A stretch of DNA of 64,000 nucleotides from an uncultured Candidatus Poseidoniales archaeon (GCA_905182185.1 CAJJAP010000001.1:139167-203166); one strand, 5' to 3'; shown: positions 1 through 10,935, numbered from the stretch's first letter. Program-made: numbers and translations. Notes: a model not told the origin generated them from the letters alone.

Positions 1-2
1 AA

Positions 3-767
3 ATATACACTCTTCGTTTTGAATATCAAAACGCTAAGGTCGTTCTACGTGCAGTGATTAACGATGTGGACCAAGATAAAGTTTCAAACAATATTTTGCC
101 AGCATTGAACGATATCAATACACCTTGGTTGAAAATGATAGAAAACGCGGACGACCTAAGGTCAGCAGCAACTCAAATGCGCAGAATGCCATTCGGTTCA
201 GACCTTATGTCATTACAAGAAGATGCAAAGTTAGCAGATTATGAAAATGCACTTGATAGACACTATTTCAAGAAGTCATTAGCATCACTTAGCCTTAATG
301 GTAAAGGTGTAAGATTGTTGAAAGATTTATTGAAATCTGAAATCGACCACCGCAACATTATCAATATTATTGAGGCGGAAGCGGTCGGTATTGACAGCGA
401 TGATATCGTAGCAATGCTAATCCCTGGCGGAAGACTGATTCCAGAGAGGGCATTTTCTTCTATCGCAGCAGGTGGTAAAGATGCAGCTCTTGACATTCTA
501 AGAGGTGCTAATCGATTTGATATGCAAGCATTTGAAGGCGTATTGGCAGAATCCAAATCCGTTAACAGTCTCGATCCAGTAATTACTTGGTTTAATGCTA
601 GAGAACACGCATTATTACAGCGCATGAGCTACCTATACCCTGTTTCAGCCTTACCGGTTGTCAATTATGTTGCAATGAAGGTACAGGAAGTTGCAGATTT
701 GCGTTTAATCGTACGTGGGCGTCTAGCAGGACTGCCGGCCGAAGTGTTAGAGGCACACATACTCTGA
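3..767 (+). CDS. atpC: A-type (A1A0) ATP synthase subunit C, 5'-truncated by the window edge
   Basis: The frame stays open from nt 3 into the listed ORF (no stop upstream of 54). The sequence resembles archaeal A/V-ATPase subunit C (d-like). It lies directly upstream of F-A-B-D in canonical operon order. Confidence 0.8.
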   Translation: MYTLRFEYQNAKVVLRAVINDVDQDKVSNNILPALNDINTPWLKMIENADDLRSAATQMRRMPFGSDLMSLQEDAKLADYENALDRHYFKKSLASLSLNGKGVRLLKDLLKSEIDHRNIINIIEAEAVGIDSDDIVAMLIPGGRLIPERAFSSIAAGGKDAALDILRGANRFDMQAFEGVLAESKSVNSLDPVITWFNAREHALLQRMSYLYPVSALPVVNYVAMKVQEVADLRLIVRGRLAGLPAEVLEAHIL

Positions 768-776
768 GGTGAAAAT

Positions 777-1076
777 ATGGAAATCGCAATAGTCGGGACA
801 CCAGAATTCACACTTGGATTTCAGCTTGCTGGAATTTCTACACTCTACAATCCAGAAGATGATGAGGCTATGGCCTCAACATTGAGTGGATTGCTAAATA
901 ACAAAAATGTGGGGGTTGTCGTAATTGACTCCGCAACCCAAGCCATATTGCCAGATCGTCTTCGCGCAAGACTTTCAGCATCCGTCTCCCCAACCGTTCT
1001 TGGTATCGGTATTGAGGAGGACACCACCTTGCGAGATACAATTCGTAAGGCAATCGGAGTCGACTTATGGAAATGA
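777..1076 (+). CDS. atpF: A-type ATP synthase subunit F
   Basis: 99 aa starting MEIAIVGTPEFTLGFQLAGI, typical of subunit F. Positioned between subunits C and A. Confidence 0.8.
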   Translation: MEIAIVGTPEFTLGFQLAGISTLYNPEDDEAMASTLSGLLNNKNVGVVVIDSATQAILPDRLRARLSASVSPTVLGIGIEEDTTLRDTIRKAIGVDLWK

Positions 1077-1104
1077 TTTCCAAAAAATAATGGAGGAATA
1101 ATAG

Positions 1105-2844
1105 ATGAAAAATGAAGGATTAATTTACCGTATTTCAGGCCCAGTGGTTACTGCTATTGATATGAAAGCGGCAATGTACGATGTTGTCCGTGTTGGAACG
1201 GAAGGACTAATGGGCGAAGTAATTGAATTGCACGGTGATAAGGCAGTTATCCAAGTTTACGAGGATACATCCGGAATTCGCCCTGGCGAAATCGTAATTA
1301 ATACAGGTGAGACTCTTTCAGTTTCACTTGGACCTGGTTTGTTAACTCAAATCTATGATGGAATTCAAAGACCTCTTCCTACACTTGAAAAAGAAATGGG
1401 AGTTTTCCTTACTCGTGGTGTCGATGCAGATGCATTTGACCTAGAGAAGATCTGGACCTTTGAACCACAAGTCTCAGTCGGAGATACTATTGTCGGAGGG
1501 CAAGTTGTTGGACACGTACAAGAAACTGACACAATCGTTCACAAGATTATGGCTGTCCCAGGAGCTGGCGGTGTAGTCAAGTCTATCGAATCTGGAGATT
1601 TCAATGTCACACAAACTATCTGTACTTTCGAAGATGGAAGTGATATGCAGATGATGCAGAAGTGGCCGGTTAGAACACCACGCCCTTATCAACAAAAGTA
1701 TCCACCAGTAATCCCTCTTATTACTGGAATGCGTATTCTTGATTTCCTTTTCCCATTGGCAAAGGGTGGTGCAGCAGGTATTCCAGGTCCATTCGGATCT
1801 GGTAAGACCGTTACACAACAATCTCTAGCAAAGTACTCTGACGCACAACTTGTTGTTTACATCGGTTGTGGAGAGCGAGGAAATGAGATGACTGAAGTAT
1901 TGGACGAATTCCCTCACTTGATTGATCCAAACACTGGAAAACCATTGATGGAAAGAACTGTAATGATTGCAAATACATCCAATATGCCTGTAGCAGCTCG
2001 TGAAGCATCAGTTTACACAGGAATTACAATTGCTGAGTACTATCGTGACATGGGTTACGACGTTGCTCTGATGGCAGATTCTACATCTCGTTGGGCTGAA
2101 GCAATGCGTGAAATTTCTTCTCGTCTTGAAGAAATGCCTGGTGAAGAAGGATATCCTGCTTACCTATCAACTCGTATTGCCGAGTTCTACGAACGTGCTG
2201 GCCGTGTTGAGACCTTGAATGGGGAAGACGGTTCAATTACCGTTATTGGAGCTGTTTCACCACCTGGTGGAGATATTTCAGAACCTGTATCACAAGGAAC
2301 ACTTCGTATTGTGAAGGTATTCTGGGGTCTGGATGCTGGTCTTGCTCGTCAACGTCACTTCCCAGCGATTAATTGGTTGAATTCCTATTCACTCTACCCG
2401 CAAAGTCTTGACCAATGGTTTAGAGATAACATCGCACAAGATTTCCCTGAAATCCGTACCGAACTTTCTGGATTATTACAAATAGAGTCCGAATTGCAAG
2501 AAATCGTACAACTAGTCGGTTCCGATGCACTTCCTGTTGACCAACAATTGACACTTGAAGTAGCTCGAATGATTCGTGAATATTTCCTACAACAAAATGG
2601 ATTCCACGAAGTGGATGCATATTGTGATATTAACTTGCAATATAAGATGGCAAAGGCTATTCTCGCATTCCAAGAATCTGCTAAGTCTGCAATGGCATCT
2701 GGATCACAACTAGGGGATGTAGTAAACGTCCCTTCACGTTCAGACCTAATGCGTGGTCGTTTAAACAAAGGATATATCGATACCATCGATGACATGGTCA
2801 AAACCATGCTCGCCGAAATAGCTGCTACCGTGGAGGAGAACTGA
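1105..2844 (+). CDS. atpA: A-type ATP synthase catalytic subunit A
   Basis: Walker [10 protein letters not shown] and full-length A/V-type subunit A pattern. GGAGG lies about 8 nt upstream of the ATG. Confidence 0.97.
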   Translation: MKNEGLIYRISGPVVTAIDMKAAMYDVVRVGTEGLMGEVIELHGDKAVIQVYEDTSGIRPGEIVINTGETLSVSLGPGLLTQIYDGIQRPLPTLEKEMGVFLTRGVDADAFDLEKIWTFEPQVSVGDTIVGGQVVGHVQETDTIVHKIMAVPGAGGVVKSIESGDFNVTQTICTFEDGSDMQMMQKWPVRTPRPYQQKYPPVIPLITGMRILDFLFPLAKGGAAGIPGPFGSGKTVTQQSLAKYSDAQLVVYIGCGERGNEMTEVLDEFPHLIDPNTGKPLMERTVMIANTSNMPVAAREASVYTGITIAEYYRDMGYDVALMADSTSRWAEAMREISSRLEEMPGEEGYPAYLSTRIAEFYERAGRVETLNGEDGSITVIGAVSPPGGDISEPVSQGTLRIVKVFWGLDAGLARQRHFPAINWLNSYSLYPQSLDQWFRDNIAQDFPEIRTELSGLLQIESELQEIVQLVGSDALPVDQQLTLEVARMIREYFLQQNGFHEVDAYCDINLQYKMAKAILAFQESAKSAMASGSQLGDVVNVPSRSDLMRGRLNKGYIDTIDDMVKTMLAEIAATVEEN

Positions 2845-2856
2845 GGGGGAATTATC

Positions 2857-4237
2857 ATGACTGGAAAGGAATATAGAACAATAACAGACGTCAAGGGACC
2901 TCTAGTTTTCTTGAATAAGACAGAACCTGTTGCTTTTGGTGAGATCGTATCATTACGATTGACCAATGGAACGATTAAGAATGGACAAGTTCTCGATACA
3001 TCCAATGATTTAGTTATCGTACAAGTGTTTCGAAGGAACAGCTAAAATCGATAGAGAAGCAGGAGTAACTTTCATGGGAGATGTTTTCAAACTCCCAGTT
3101 TCAACCGATTTGATAGGACGTATTCTAGATGGTGCTGGAAGACCACGAGATGGTGGACCAGATATCGTTGCAGATGAGAAGGCTGACATTATTGGTGCAG
3201 CTATCAATCCGTACAGCCGCCGTAGCCCACACGATTTCATTCAAACCGGAATCTCCGCTATTGACTGTTGTACTTCTTTGGTTCGTGGACAAAAGTTGCC
3301 GATTTTCTCAGCATCAGGTCTACCGCACAATGATATTGCATTGCAAATTGCACGTCAAGCAAAGTTAACAGGTTCAGATGAAGAGTTTATCGTAGTATTC
3401 TGTGCTATGGGTATTACCGCTGAAGAATACAATTTCTTCCGTGCTGATTTAGAGAGAACAGGTGCGCTTGAAAATGCAGTTTTATTCGTTAACTTAGCGG
3501 ATGACCCTGCAGTTGAGCGTATTATTACACCTCGCCTTGCATTAACTGCTGCAGAATATCTTGCATTCGAAAAGGATTACCACGTACTGGTCATCTATAC
3601 GGATATGACAAACTACTGTGATGCACTACGTCAAATCGGTGCTGCTCGTGAAGAAGTTCCAGGACGCCGTGGATATCCCGGTTACATGTACACTGACTTA
3701 GCAATGCTCTACGAGCGTGCTGGATTGGTTAAAGGAAAGAAGGGTTCAATCACCCAATTCCCTATTCTGACAATGCCTGGTGACGATATTACCCACCCTA
3801 TTCCGGATTTATCCGGTTATATTACCGAGGGTCAAATTGTTATTTCTCGTGAATTACACCAACAAGGTATCTATCCTCCGATCAACGTACTACCTTCATT
3901 GTCCCGTTTGATGGGTTCATGTATTGGAGAGAAAACAACTCGTGAAGACCACAAGTCTGTTTCTGACCAAATGTATGCTGCATACGCACAAGGCCGTGAA
4001 TTACGAGGTCTTGTTGCAATTGTAGGTGAAGATGCATTGAACGAACGTGATAAGCAACTTCTAGAATTCTCCGGTGTTTTCGAGGACAAGTTCCTTCGCC
4101 AATCACGTGATGAGAATCGCAGTATCGAAGAAACGCTCGATCTATGTTGGACTTTGATGGCTCGTATCGACACTAAGTATCTAGTACGTCTAGACCAAAA
4201 GTGGATTGACAAGTATCATCCTGAAAACCGGAAGTGA
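2857..4237 (+). CDS. atpB: A-type ATP synthase subunit B, frame-disrupted as sequenced by one extra base at 3031
   Basis: ORF-track pieces 2857-3045 and 3074-4237 are one gene. Skipping c3031 reads ...[37 protein letters not shown]..., colinear with archaeal AtpB. Confidence 0.93.
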
Positions 4238-4263
4238 ATTTTTCCATAGAATAAGGAGAGGAG

Positions 4264-4890
4264 GTGAAAGTTATGGCACTCGATATTAAACCAACACGAA
4301 GTGAACTTATCAAACTCAAGGGGCGCATCAAGCAAACCAAAAATGGGTATAAACTTCTCAAGATGAAGCGTGATGGTCTTTTCCATGAATTCCGTAAGTT
4401 ATTATCTGAAATGATTGAAGCCAAGCGAGATCTTACCGACACATACCGTCTAGCAAAGCAACGTATTGACTTAGCTAATGCGATTGAAGGCGGTTTGGCT
4501 GTTCGTGCTGCTGCAATAGCAAACACGGCAACTCCGCAAGTTGAAGTTGAAAGGCGAAATATCATGGGTGTAGTAGTGCCAAGCGTCAGTGGAAGTAATT
4601 TAAAATCAACATTCTCGGAAAGAGGTGTCGGATATATCGGTTCTTCACCATATATTGACGAGGCTAGCGATTCTTTTGGTAATTTGATTGAGAAGATTGT
4701 TCGTGCTGCAGAAATGGAAGGTACATTAAAAAGATTACTTGCAGAGATTGAAGCAACTAAGAGGAGAGTCAATGCACTTGAATTCAAAGTTATTCCAGAA
4801 CTAGAGAGTGCTAGAGTTTTCATCCAACTTCGTCTTGAAGAAATGGAAAGAGAAGAAACTTTCCGCTTGAAGAGATTCAAGAATAAGTGA
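4264..4890 (+). CDS. atpD: A-type ATP synthase subunit D (start GTG 4264 or ATG 4273)
   Basis: MALDIKPTRSELIKLKGRIK... is the subunit D N-terminal pattern. GGAGAGGAGG precedes the start. Last gene of the C-F-A-B-D block. Confidence 0.9.
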   Translation: MKVMALDIKPTRSELIKLKGRIKQTKNGYKLLKMKRDGLFHEFRKLLSEMIEAKRDLTDTYRLAKQRIDLANAIEGGLAVRAAAIANTATPQVEVERRNIMGVVVPSVSGSNLKSTFSERGVGYIGSSPYIDEASDSFGNLIEKIVRAAEMEGTLKRLLAEIEATKRRVNALEFKVIPELESARVFIQLRLEEMEREETFRLKRFKNK

Positions 4891-4985
4891 ACCATATTTC
4901 ACTATTATCTTCACTTCAGTTGAGGCTGGGTGAGGGATTGATTGAAGACGGAGTGGTGCTGAGCGTTTCTTGAGGTGGATGTTGC

Positions 4986-7532
4986 ATGGGTGACGATAAC
5001 AATTCCACAGTCGTCCTTGAACAGATGACTGCCCACAAGAAAGCATGGGACCAGCACGCACTTTTAGCAAATATCCTAAGTCGGGAATTTCATCTGATTG
5101 AACAAATTGGAGGCCGATGGCCAAGTTGGATTATAGATGTCAAACAAGATAGAGATGTTCATGACTGTTTGAAAAAGATTAATTCACATATCGCTAAACT
5201 TGGATGGATGGCAAGGTTATCGGTTGATGACCCTTGGTTAGTAACAATACTACCTATGCCGGATAGGCAATTCCCACCAATAAAAATGCATTTGTTTTTA
5301 TGGTCCATGACCGCATTAACCGCAACTTTAGCAGGTTCTTTATGGATAGAAAACACATCGCCGGATGGCGGTTGGTTTGGCTATGGCCACTTCATCGATT
5401 CCTTCATTGGCTTTACCCTGCCGATATTAGCAACACTCTTTTTGGCATCGCTAATACAGGTAAGGGCTGCTGCAAAACAAGGCCTCAGGATAGGACATAT
5501 CGCTCCAATTCCAGATATTTCAATTGCATTCTGGTCAGTAGGATTATTTTCACCATCATCACTAATATGGCCTTTCGGCCTATTGCTAATTTCATCATTA
5601 CCTCGGATGAGTTCCCGGCCATGGGATAATCGTAGTCAATTAGGTAATATCTCTATCATTGCACCAGGGATAATGATCTGCAGTGGATTTATTTTATGGA
5701 TGATAGGACTCTTCTTGACTCCTGAATTGATAACTCTAGTATCAGCGCCTCGTTCTATAGAGCCGCCGTTGTTGATTAATTTGTTGGCATTTTTCTTTTA
5801 TGACGACCTCCCAATTAGGCTTGCTTGGGCACATCCATTAGCCAAAGCCGGTTCAGTTTTGACATTCTTTGGTTGGGTTTCACTGCTTCCGATTCCAACA
5901 TTCCCTGGTGGCAGATTGATGGTTTCTCGTCTAGGTTCAGTGCTGGCCCGAAATTCTGGTACTCAAGTTAGATTATTCTTCGTAATTCTAATCTTTGCTT
6001 GGTTATTCAAAGCCTTTGACGGATTTTCAGTTTGGACCCTTGTACTGGTATTGATCTTACCATTCTTGTATTATATGGGTGGCGAGCCTAGAATACCAAT
6101 AGTCTTGGATGAGCCTGCGGGGTTGAGTCTTAAAACGGAAAAGAGGCTCGGTATTTTCTTTTTCTTATTTTTTATGTTGTCATTACCGAGCCAATCTCCA
6201 ATCTTATTACATGATGAATGGCAATCTCCATTGATATTTGAGTTTGGCGAAATAGAGGCTGCATCCAGAGGCGATGATGGTGTCTGGATGACCAACTTAA
6301 CAATTGAAATTATTAATCCATCATTTGTTCAACACTCTTACGCCATTGATGTAGTTAGGGATGGTGGACAATCTATTGGTGAATGGGATTACGAATGGGA
6401 TTGTAAAGGTGAAGATTCTCTCAGTATCAATGGTTTAGGATGCGGTGAAGATTTAATGCCTGGAAAATATGCAACCTTTGTCTTGTCTATTAGTTGGAAC
6501 AAACCCCTATCTTCTCCAATGGGTGAAAATTTCTCTTTGATAATGTTGACCGAAGAAGGTTACCAATTACAATCTCTACAAGTTTTCCCAGCACTCGAGT
6601 TTTATCCAACATCAGATTGGAATCTTATAGAGGATAATGGCAAAGTAAAGCGTTGTATTAGATTAAATGGGGATCTAGTGACTGAAGATTCTTTACTAGT
6701 CAGTTTCCCTAATGCTAACACTGCTTTTACCACTGAAACAAGACTATATTGGATTGAAGGGCAAACTGATATGGATGCAAATTTGAGTGAAATACCTGAT
6801 GAAATTTGCGTAATCGGGCTAGACCCAATAATCTTGAGAGCATGGGACTTGAATCAAATTTCGTTGAATGGTGTCATTTTCGAGGGCACAATGCCGGCAA
6901 AGCCCCTGAAGGCCATAGTGCCTCTAGAAGGTTGGAATATCTTCGCTGAAGATGTCCAAGGATATGGAGCCGAATTTGCTACTGGCGGGCTACTTGCACA
7001 AGGGGACCAATGCCCTATTGACTCTCATATTAGCACCCCTCCAAGCCCATCTGAGGGCGATTGGATCTGGGATATGAGTGTTAGAAAAGAAGGCCAAATC
7101 CCAGCGATTGTAAATGAAACAAATTTGACCTTGATAATGGAAGAGGGCGTGAATATTAGTTTGTGTCAAAATCAATTAAATCCGACTCCACAAATATCCT
7201 TTGCAGTAGAACAAGGACCAGAATTAATCTTAGTTCGTTCAAATCTTAGTTATCGGCTTTGGAGTAATATTTGGGCTGCTGCAACCAATGGGACCCTCAT
7301 CTCTTCAGATAATATGTCCACATTCTCATTTTATAATCCTTCAAACACTTCTATTCCAGTTCGGGTTGAGAATGAGGGTAGTGGAACTCCGTGGCAAATG
7401 ATGAATAGTTCAACATCACTTGAACAAGGTATCAACGAATTCAGTTTTATGCCATCAAATAGTACATTTTCTACTATGTGGATTAGTCATCAAGATGGCG
7501 GAGTAGTAATCCACCTAGGCAGTTATATCTGA
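4986..7532 (+). CDS. Large polytopic membrane protein: S2P/M50-like membrane core without HExxH or the LDG aspartate, plus a ~450-aa C-terminal extracytoplasmic domain
   Basis: Many hydrophobic segments. SLLPIPTFPGGRLM resembles the NLLPIxPLDGG motif of M50 proteases with Asp replaced by Pro. The region aligned to HExxH reads SLIQV. The C-terminal half is hydrophilic with many N-x-S/T sites. Confidence 0.55.
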   Translation: MGDDNNSTVVLEQMTAHKKAWDQHALLANILSREFHLIEQIGGRWPSWIIDVKQDRDVHDCLKKINSHIAKLGWMARLSVDDPWLVTILPMPDRQFPPIKMHLFLWSMTALTATLAGSLWIENTSPDGGWFGYGHFIDSFIGFTLPILATLFLASLIQVRAAAKQGLRIGHIAPIPDISIAFWSVGLFSPSSLIWPFGLLLISSLPRMSSRPWDNRSQLGNISIIAPGIMICSGFILWMIGLFLTPELITLVSAPRSIEPPLLINLLAFFFYDDLPIRLAWAHPLAKAGSVLTFFGWVSLLPIPTFPGGRLMVSRLGSVLARNSGTQVRLFFVILIFAWLFKAFDGFSVWTLVLVLILPFLYYMGGEPRIPIVLDEPAGLSLKTEKRLGIFFFLFFMLSLPSQSPILLHDEWQSPLIFEFGEIEAASRGDDGVWMTNLTIEIINPSFVQHSYAIDVVRDGGQSIGEWDYEWDCKGEDSLSINGLGCGEDLMPGKYATFVLSISWNKPLSSPMGENFSLIMLTEEGYQLQSLQVFPALEFYPTSDWNLIEDNGKVKRCIRLNGDLVTEDSLLVSFPNANTAFTTETRLYWIEGQTDMDANLSEIPDEICVIGLDPIILRAWDLNQISLNGVIFEGTMPAKPLKAIVPLEGWNIFAEDVQGYGAEFATGGLLAQGDQCPIDSHISTPPSPSEGDWIWDMSVRKEGQIPAIVNETNLTLIMEEGVNISLCQNQLNPTPQISFAVEQGPELILVRSNLSYRLWSNIWAAATNGTLISSDNMSTFSFYNPSNTSIPVRVENEGSGTPWQMMNSSTSLEQGINEFSFMPSNSTFSTMWISHQDGGVVIHLGSYI

Positions 7533-7535
7533 GGT

Positions 7536-8468
7536 GTGAGAATGAGAGTTTCTGTTCTAGGTGTAGGTTCCATTGGAACATTATTTGCAGCACTTTTGTC
7601 GCGCACTGAGCATGAGATTCATCTTCACGGACGCGGCGAACATATGGCCATGATTACAAAAAATGGGATTTGTGTAACCGGTGAGGAATCCTTTTCTGTC
7701 GAAAGCCAAAGATTTGAGTTAACTTTTGATGAAGTTGGAATTCCTAATCATTTTGAGAATAGTGCTGATGTGGTTATAATTGCAGGGAAATCTCGTTCTC
7801 TTGATAACTTATGCGACTTAGCCTCCAAATTACTCAAAGCAGATGGCATTGCATTCGCTATTACCAATGGATTAGGCAACGTTGAGAGACTTTGCCATCA
7901 ATTGGGTATGCATAGGGTCGTATATGCTTCAACAACCCACGGAGCAAACATTGCATCTCCTTCACAAGTTCGCTGGGCAGGTAAGGGTCGATTACATCTT
8001 GCAAATAATGTAATGTCTCAGAATGAAAAATTAAATGATTTCAATGAAAGTCTCATCGGCAGTGGAATAAATTGTGAAATAGTTGAAGATGGCCGCAGTT
8101 TAATTTGGAATAAAGTTTTGATAAACATCGCAATCAATCCCCTCGCAGCTATGGCAGGGGTGGAAAATGGGGAATTATTAGGGGCGGAAATGTTTGCTAA
8201 TGCAGTATTTACTATGATAGAAGGAGCCAATGTTGCTAGGGCAGAACAAATAGACGTTGGTACAAATCAGCAATTAGAACATAATCTGCGGCAAGTATTA
8301 CTTTCAACATCTTCAAATTCATGTAGTATGCTCGAAGATGTGAAGGCAGGAGCGACCACTGAAATTTCAGTTTTAAATCGGGAAATAGTGAATCGGGGAG
8401 AAAAACTTGGCATTAGTACTCCATTGAACAATATGCTTGCTTCAATAATTGAACTGATCACTCCTTGA
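7536..8468 (+). CDS. panE: 2-dehydropantoate 2-reductase (ketopantoate reductase, PanE/ApbA family)
   Basis: N-terminal Rossmann motif VLGVGSIGTLFA, NGLGN, KVLINIAINPL and SMLEDV..G..TEI motifs typical of the family. Confidence 0.8.
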   Translation: MRMRVSVLGVGSIGTLFAALLSRTEHEIHLHGRGEHMAMITKNGICVTGEESFSVESQRFELTFDEVGIPNHFENSADVVIIAGKSRSLDNLCDLASKLLKADGIAFAITNGLGNVERLCHQLGMHRVVYASTTHGANIASPSQVRWAGKGRLHLANNVMSQNEKLNDFNESLIGSGINCEIVEDGRSLIWNKVLINIAINPLAAMAGVENGELLGAEMFANAVFTMIEGANVARAEQIDVGTNQQLEHNLRQVLLSTSSNSCSMLEDVKAGATTEISVLNREIVNRGEKLGISTPLNNMLASIIELITP

Positions 8469-10086
8469 CCAGGTCTTGATTAAAATGGAGTCCGCAGTTT
8501 TCTTTTCTTGCTATGGCATCTTCAGTGACAAGTTGGCCCACTAATATTAGATTTCTCAGTTCAACAATTGAACGGGTTGGTATTGATCCTCTCCATAATC
8601 TATCAACTTCTTGCCCTAATAGCTCTAGTCGCCTTGCAGCCCGATTTAATCTGCTAAAACGTCTTACGATTCCAACTTCTTGCGTCATGGTTTGCCTCAA
8701 TGCATCCCTATCATGGACTACAGGAGTGTGCTCGGATAGATTCTCGAGTCCATCGGCTCTCCAATCTGGCAGTTCATTTTGATGTTTAGTCGGAGGGTTT
8801 GAGATGATATGTTCAGCTGCTCTTGCAGCATATACTACCGCTTCTAGCAAACTGTTTGAGGCTAAACGATTTGCACCGTGCATTCCAGTACATGCGACTT
8901 CACCGATTGCAAACAATCGTGGAAATACTTGACCATTATCTTTGACAAAAGGGCGCCCTATATCGTCTACTAGTAGGCCCCCAACCGCATAATGAGCAGC
9001 GGGAGAAATTGGCAGAGGGTCATGTCCAAGTTTCAAACCATGTCTTTTCAATCTAGAACTAATAGTTGGGAAATGCGAGTTAAGAAGATCCTCATCTAGG
9101 TGTGAAGTTACTAGGAATACATGTGATTTACCTGTAATTTTCATTTGTCTATCAATGGCTCTAGCAACAATGTCGCGTGTCGCCATAGAACCCATTTTTG
9201 AATATTTCAAAGTAAACGAATATGGCTCAGGTGATACGATTCTATCATCTTCTTTACACTTGATTTGCCATTTGTTTAATCCATCTTCATCAAGTATTAC
9301 ACCGCCTTCTCCTCGCATCGCTTCTGTGATTAAGAACGGTCTATCACTTTTCACTGCTAATGCCGTAGGGTGGAATTGGATATATGCGAGATTTTTAACT
9401 GTTGCACCAGCTCTAAACGCCATTGCCAAACCATCACCTGTGGCAACACTTGGATTGGTTGTTTGCGACCACAATTGGCCAAAGCCTCCTGTTGCTAAGA
9501 TAAGGGTGTCCGAATGGATGGTTAATACCGTTTGAGTTGTTTGGTCCAAACACCAAACTCCAGATATGCCTGCATTAGGGTTTCCATGTTCGTACTGAAT
9601 GAGGTCAATCGCCAGATGGTTGGGCATTAATTCTATTTTATCGTGCATCTCAGCAGTTTGGGTAAGGGCTCTTTCAATTTCCTTTCCTGTAGCATCCTTG
9701 GAGTGCAAAATACGCCTACTCGAATGGCCACCTTCTTTGGCCAAATGAAATCTACCATCAACATCTTTTTCGAAATCAACACCAATGTCTAGTAAATCCT
9801 GTATTCTATCACTCGCTTCATTGATTACACTATTTACGACTGAAATATCGCACTGTCCATCTCCACTTTTTAGAGTGTCTTCAATGTGTGATGTAAGGCC
9901 AATTCCATCTGTTTTATCAAGAATTGCAGCAATGCCTCCTTGAGCCCAATTAGTCGATGAATCAATGGGTCTCTGTTTGGTAATTACTTTGACAAAATGT
10001 CCAGCATTTGCAAGACGGATTGCACAAAATAATCCAGCGATTCCACTGCCTATGATGACGATTTGAGAAGCGTCACTCGTCCTCAT
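8458..10086 (-). CDS. nadB: L-aspartate oxidase (ATG at 10086 preferred over the GTG at 10116)
   Basis: FAD motif VIIGSGIAGL, plus RPFLITEAMRGEGG and HYAVGG motifs of the NadB/SdhA flavoprotein family. ~540 aa fits NadB. Confidence 0.85.
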   Translation of the reverse strand: MRTSDASQIVIIGSGIAGLFCAIRLANAGHFVKVITKQRPIDSSTNWAQGGIAAILDKTDGIGLTSHIEDTLKSGDGQCDISVVNSVINEASDRIQDLLDIGVDFEKDVDGRFHLAKEGGHSSRRILHSKDATGKEIERALTQTAEMHDKIELMPNHLAIDLIQYEHGNPNAGISGVWCLDQTTQTVLTIHSDTLILATGGFGQLWSQTTNPSVATGDGLAMAFRAGATVKNLAYIQFHPTALAVKSDRPFLITEAMRGEGGVILDEDGLNKWQIKCKEDDRIVSPEPYSFTLKYSKMGSMATRDIVARAIDRQMKITGKSHVFLVTSHLDEDLLNSHFPTISSRLKRHGLKLGHDPLPISPAAHYAVGGLLVDDIGRPFVKDNGQVFPRLFAIGEVACTGMHGANRLASNSLLEAVVYAARAAEHIISNPPTKHQNELPDWRADGLENLSEHTPVVHDRDALRQTMTQEVGIVRRFSRLNRAARRLELLGQEVDRLWRGSIPTRSIVELRNLILVGQLVTEDAIARKENCGLHFNQDLVKE

Positions 10087-10164
10087 CAGTATTGCCACAA
10101 CACCGCACTTATTCACGGCATCGGTTGCGATAGCACTATCAAATGGGTGTGGATAAAGAGGTAC

Positions 10165-10935
10165 ATGGCGGGGTTGAAGAAGAAGATTGCAACCCTATTG
10201 GGCATCACGATAATCGCATTTGTGATATCCAATGTTCAACTCGGCATCATTGCCCCGATTGCAATAGATGGAGCTCCTAATTCTACCCTTGATGTATTGA
10301 AACTGACCGAGCCACAATGCTCCTTCGATGAGATTTCAAGTAGTTTGGAAAGTAGTGGCCAGAGTTATTGTTTGGGTTCTACTGGTGATTGGGGCGGTGC
10401 AGATTTCATCATGCTCCTAGAAGGGTTGGTAATGGTCTTGGCTGGGCGCTTCAAATTACCTAAAGGTGCTGGATGGGTGGCAAGGTCCAGAAAATTAGCC
10501 ATGGTAGCCGGTGGAGTTCTATTCTCACTCGCGATTCTAGACAGGCTGCAATTGCTCCCGACTCCAGCTAATTCAACTGGTTTAGCAGAACTAATGCCTA
10601 TCGATGTATCGCCTTGGATGATACAGATAGGAATCGCAATACTAGGTGCGATTTTGCTAAGAGGGCCGAAATACTGGGATTCTGAAGTACAACAATCAAC
10701 TCAGACTTCAATTGAACAGAGAAGGGTGGTTGCCGATAAATTCCGTTCTACTTTCACGCCTCAAGCCAGCGCTGTTGGTGCCGATAGTCTTGCTGTCTCA
10801 AGAACTTCCAATTTGTTGAAAAGGGATCAAAATTTATCAATGCGAAAGTCAAGTTATGGTGTTAAAGTATTTGCAACGTGCCCATATTGCGCAGGAATTG
10901 GATGCAAAAAGTGTGCCAACAAAGGTACACTGTGA
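10165..10935 (+). CDS. Hypothetical membrane protein with a C-terminal DnaJ-type zinc-finger motif
   Basis: ATG at 10165 avoids overlap with nadB. Several TM segments. The C-terminus reads CPYCAGIGCKKCANKG (CxxCxGxG followed by CxxCxxxG). Confidence 0.6.
   Translation: MAGLKKKIATLLGITIIAFVISNVQLGIIAPIAIDGAPNSTLDVLKLTEPQCSFDEISSSLESSGQSYCLGSTGDWGGADFIMLLEGLVMVLAGRFKLPKGAGWVARSRKLAMVAGGVLFSLAILDRLQLLPTPANSTGLAELMPIDVSPWMIQIGIAILGAILLRGPKYWDSEVQQSTQTSIEQRRVVADKFRSTFTPQASAVGADSLAVSRTSNLLKRDQNLSMRKSSYGVKVFATCPYCAGIGCKKCANKGTL

Noticed and set aside
263-625. Antisense ORFs inside the atp operon. Examples: 263-625, 1474-1821, 2394-3005, 3871-4212 and the 240-aa 4173-4895.
   Set aside because: Each lies opposite a gene with unambiguous ATP synthase homology. 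Their products are low-complexity (Ser/Leu/Ile-rich) with no recognisable motifs, so they are shadow ORFs.
10063-10164. N-terminal 34 codons of ORF 10063-10935, and the GTG-extended start of nadB at 10116.
   Set aside because: The two extensions overlap each other on opposite strands. Internal ATGs (10165 and 10086) give sensible N-termini: a TM protein start, and the FAD-binding beta1 close to the start.
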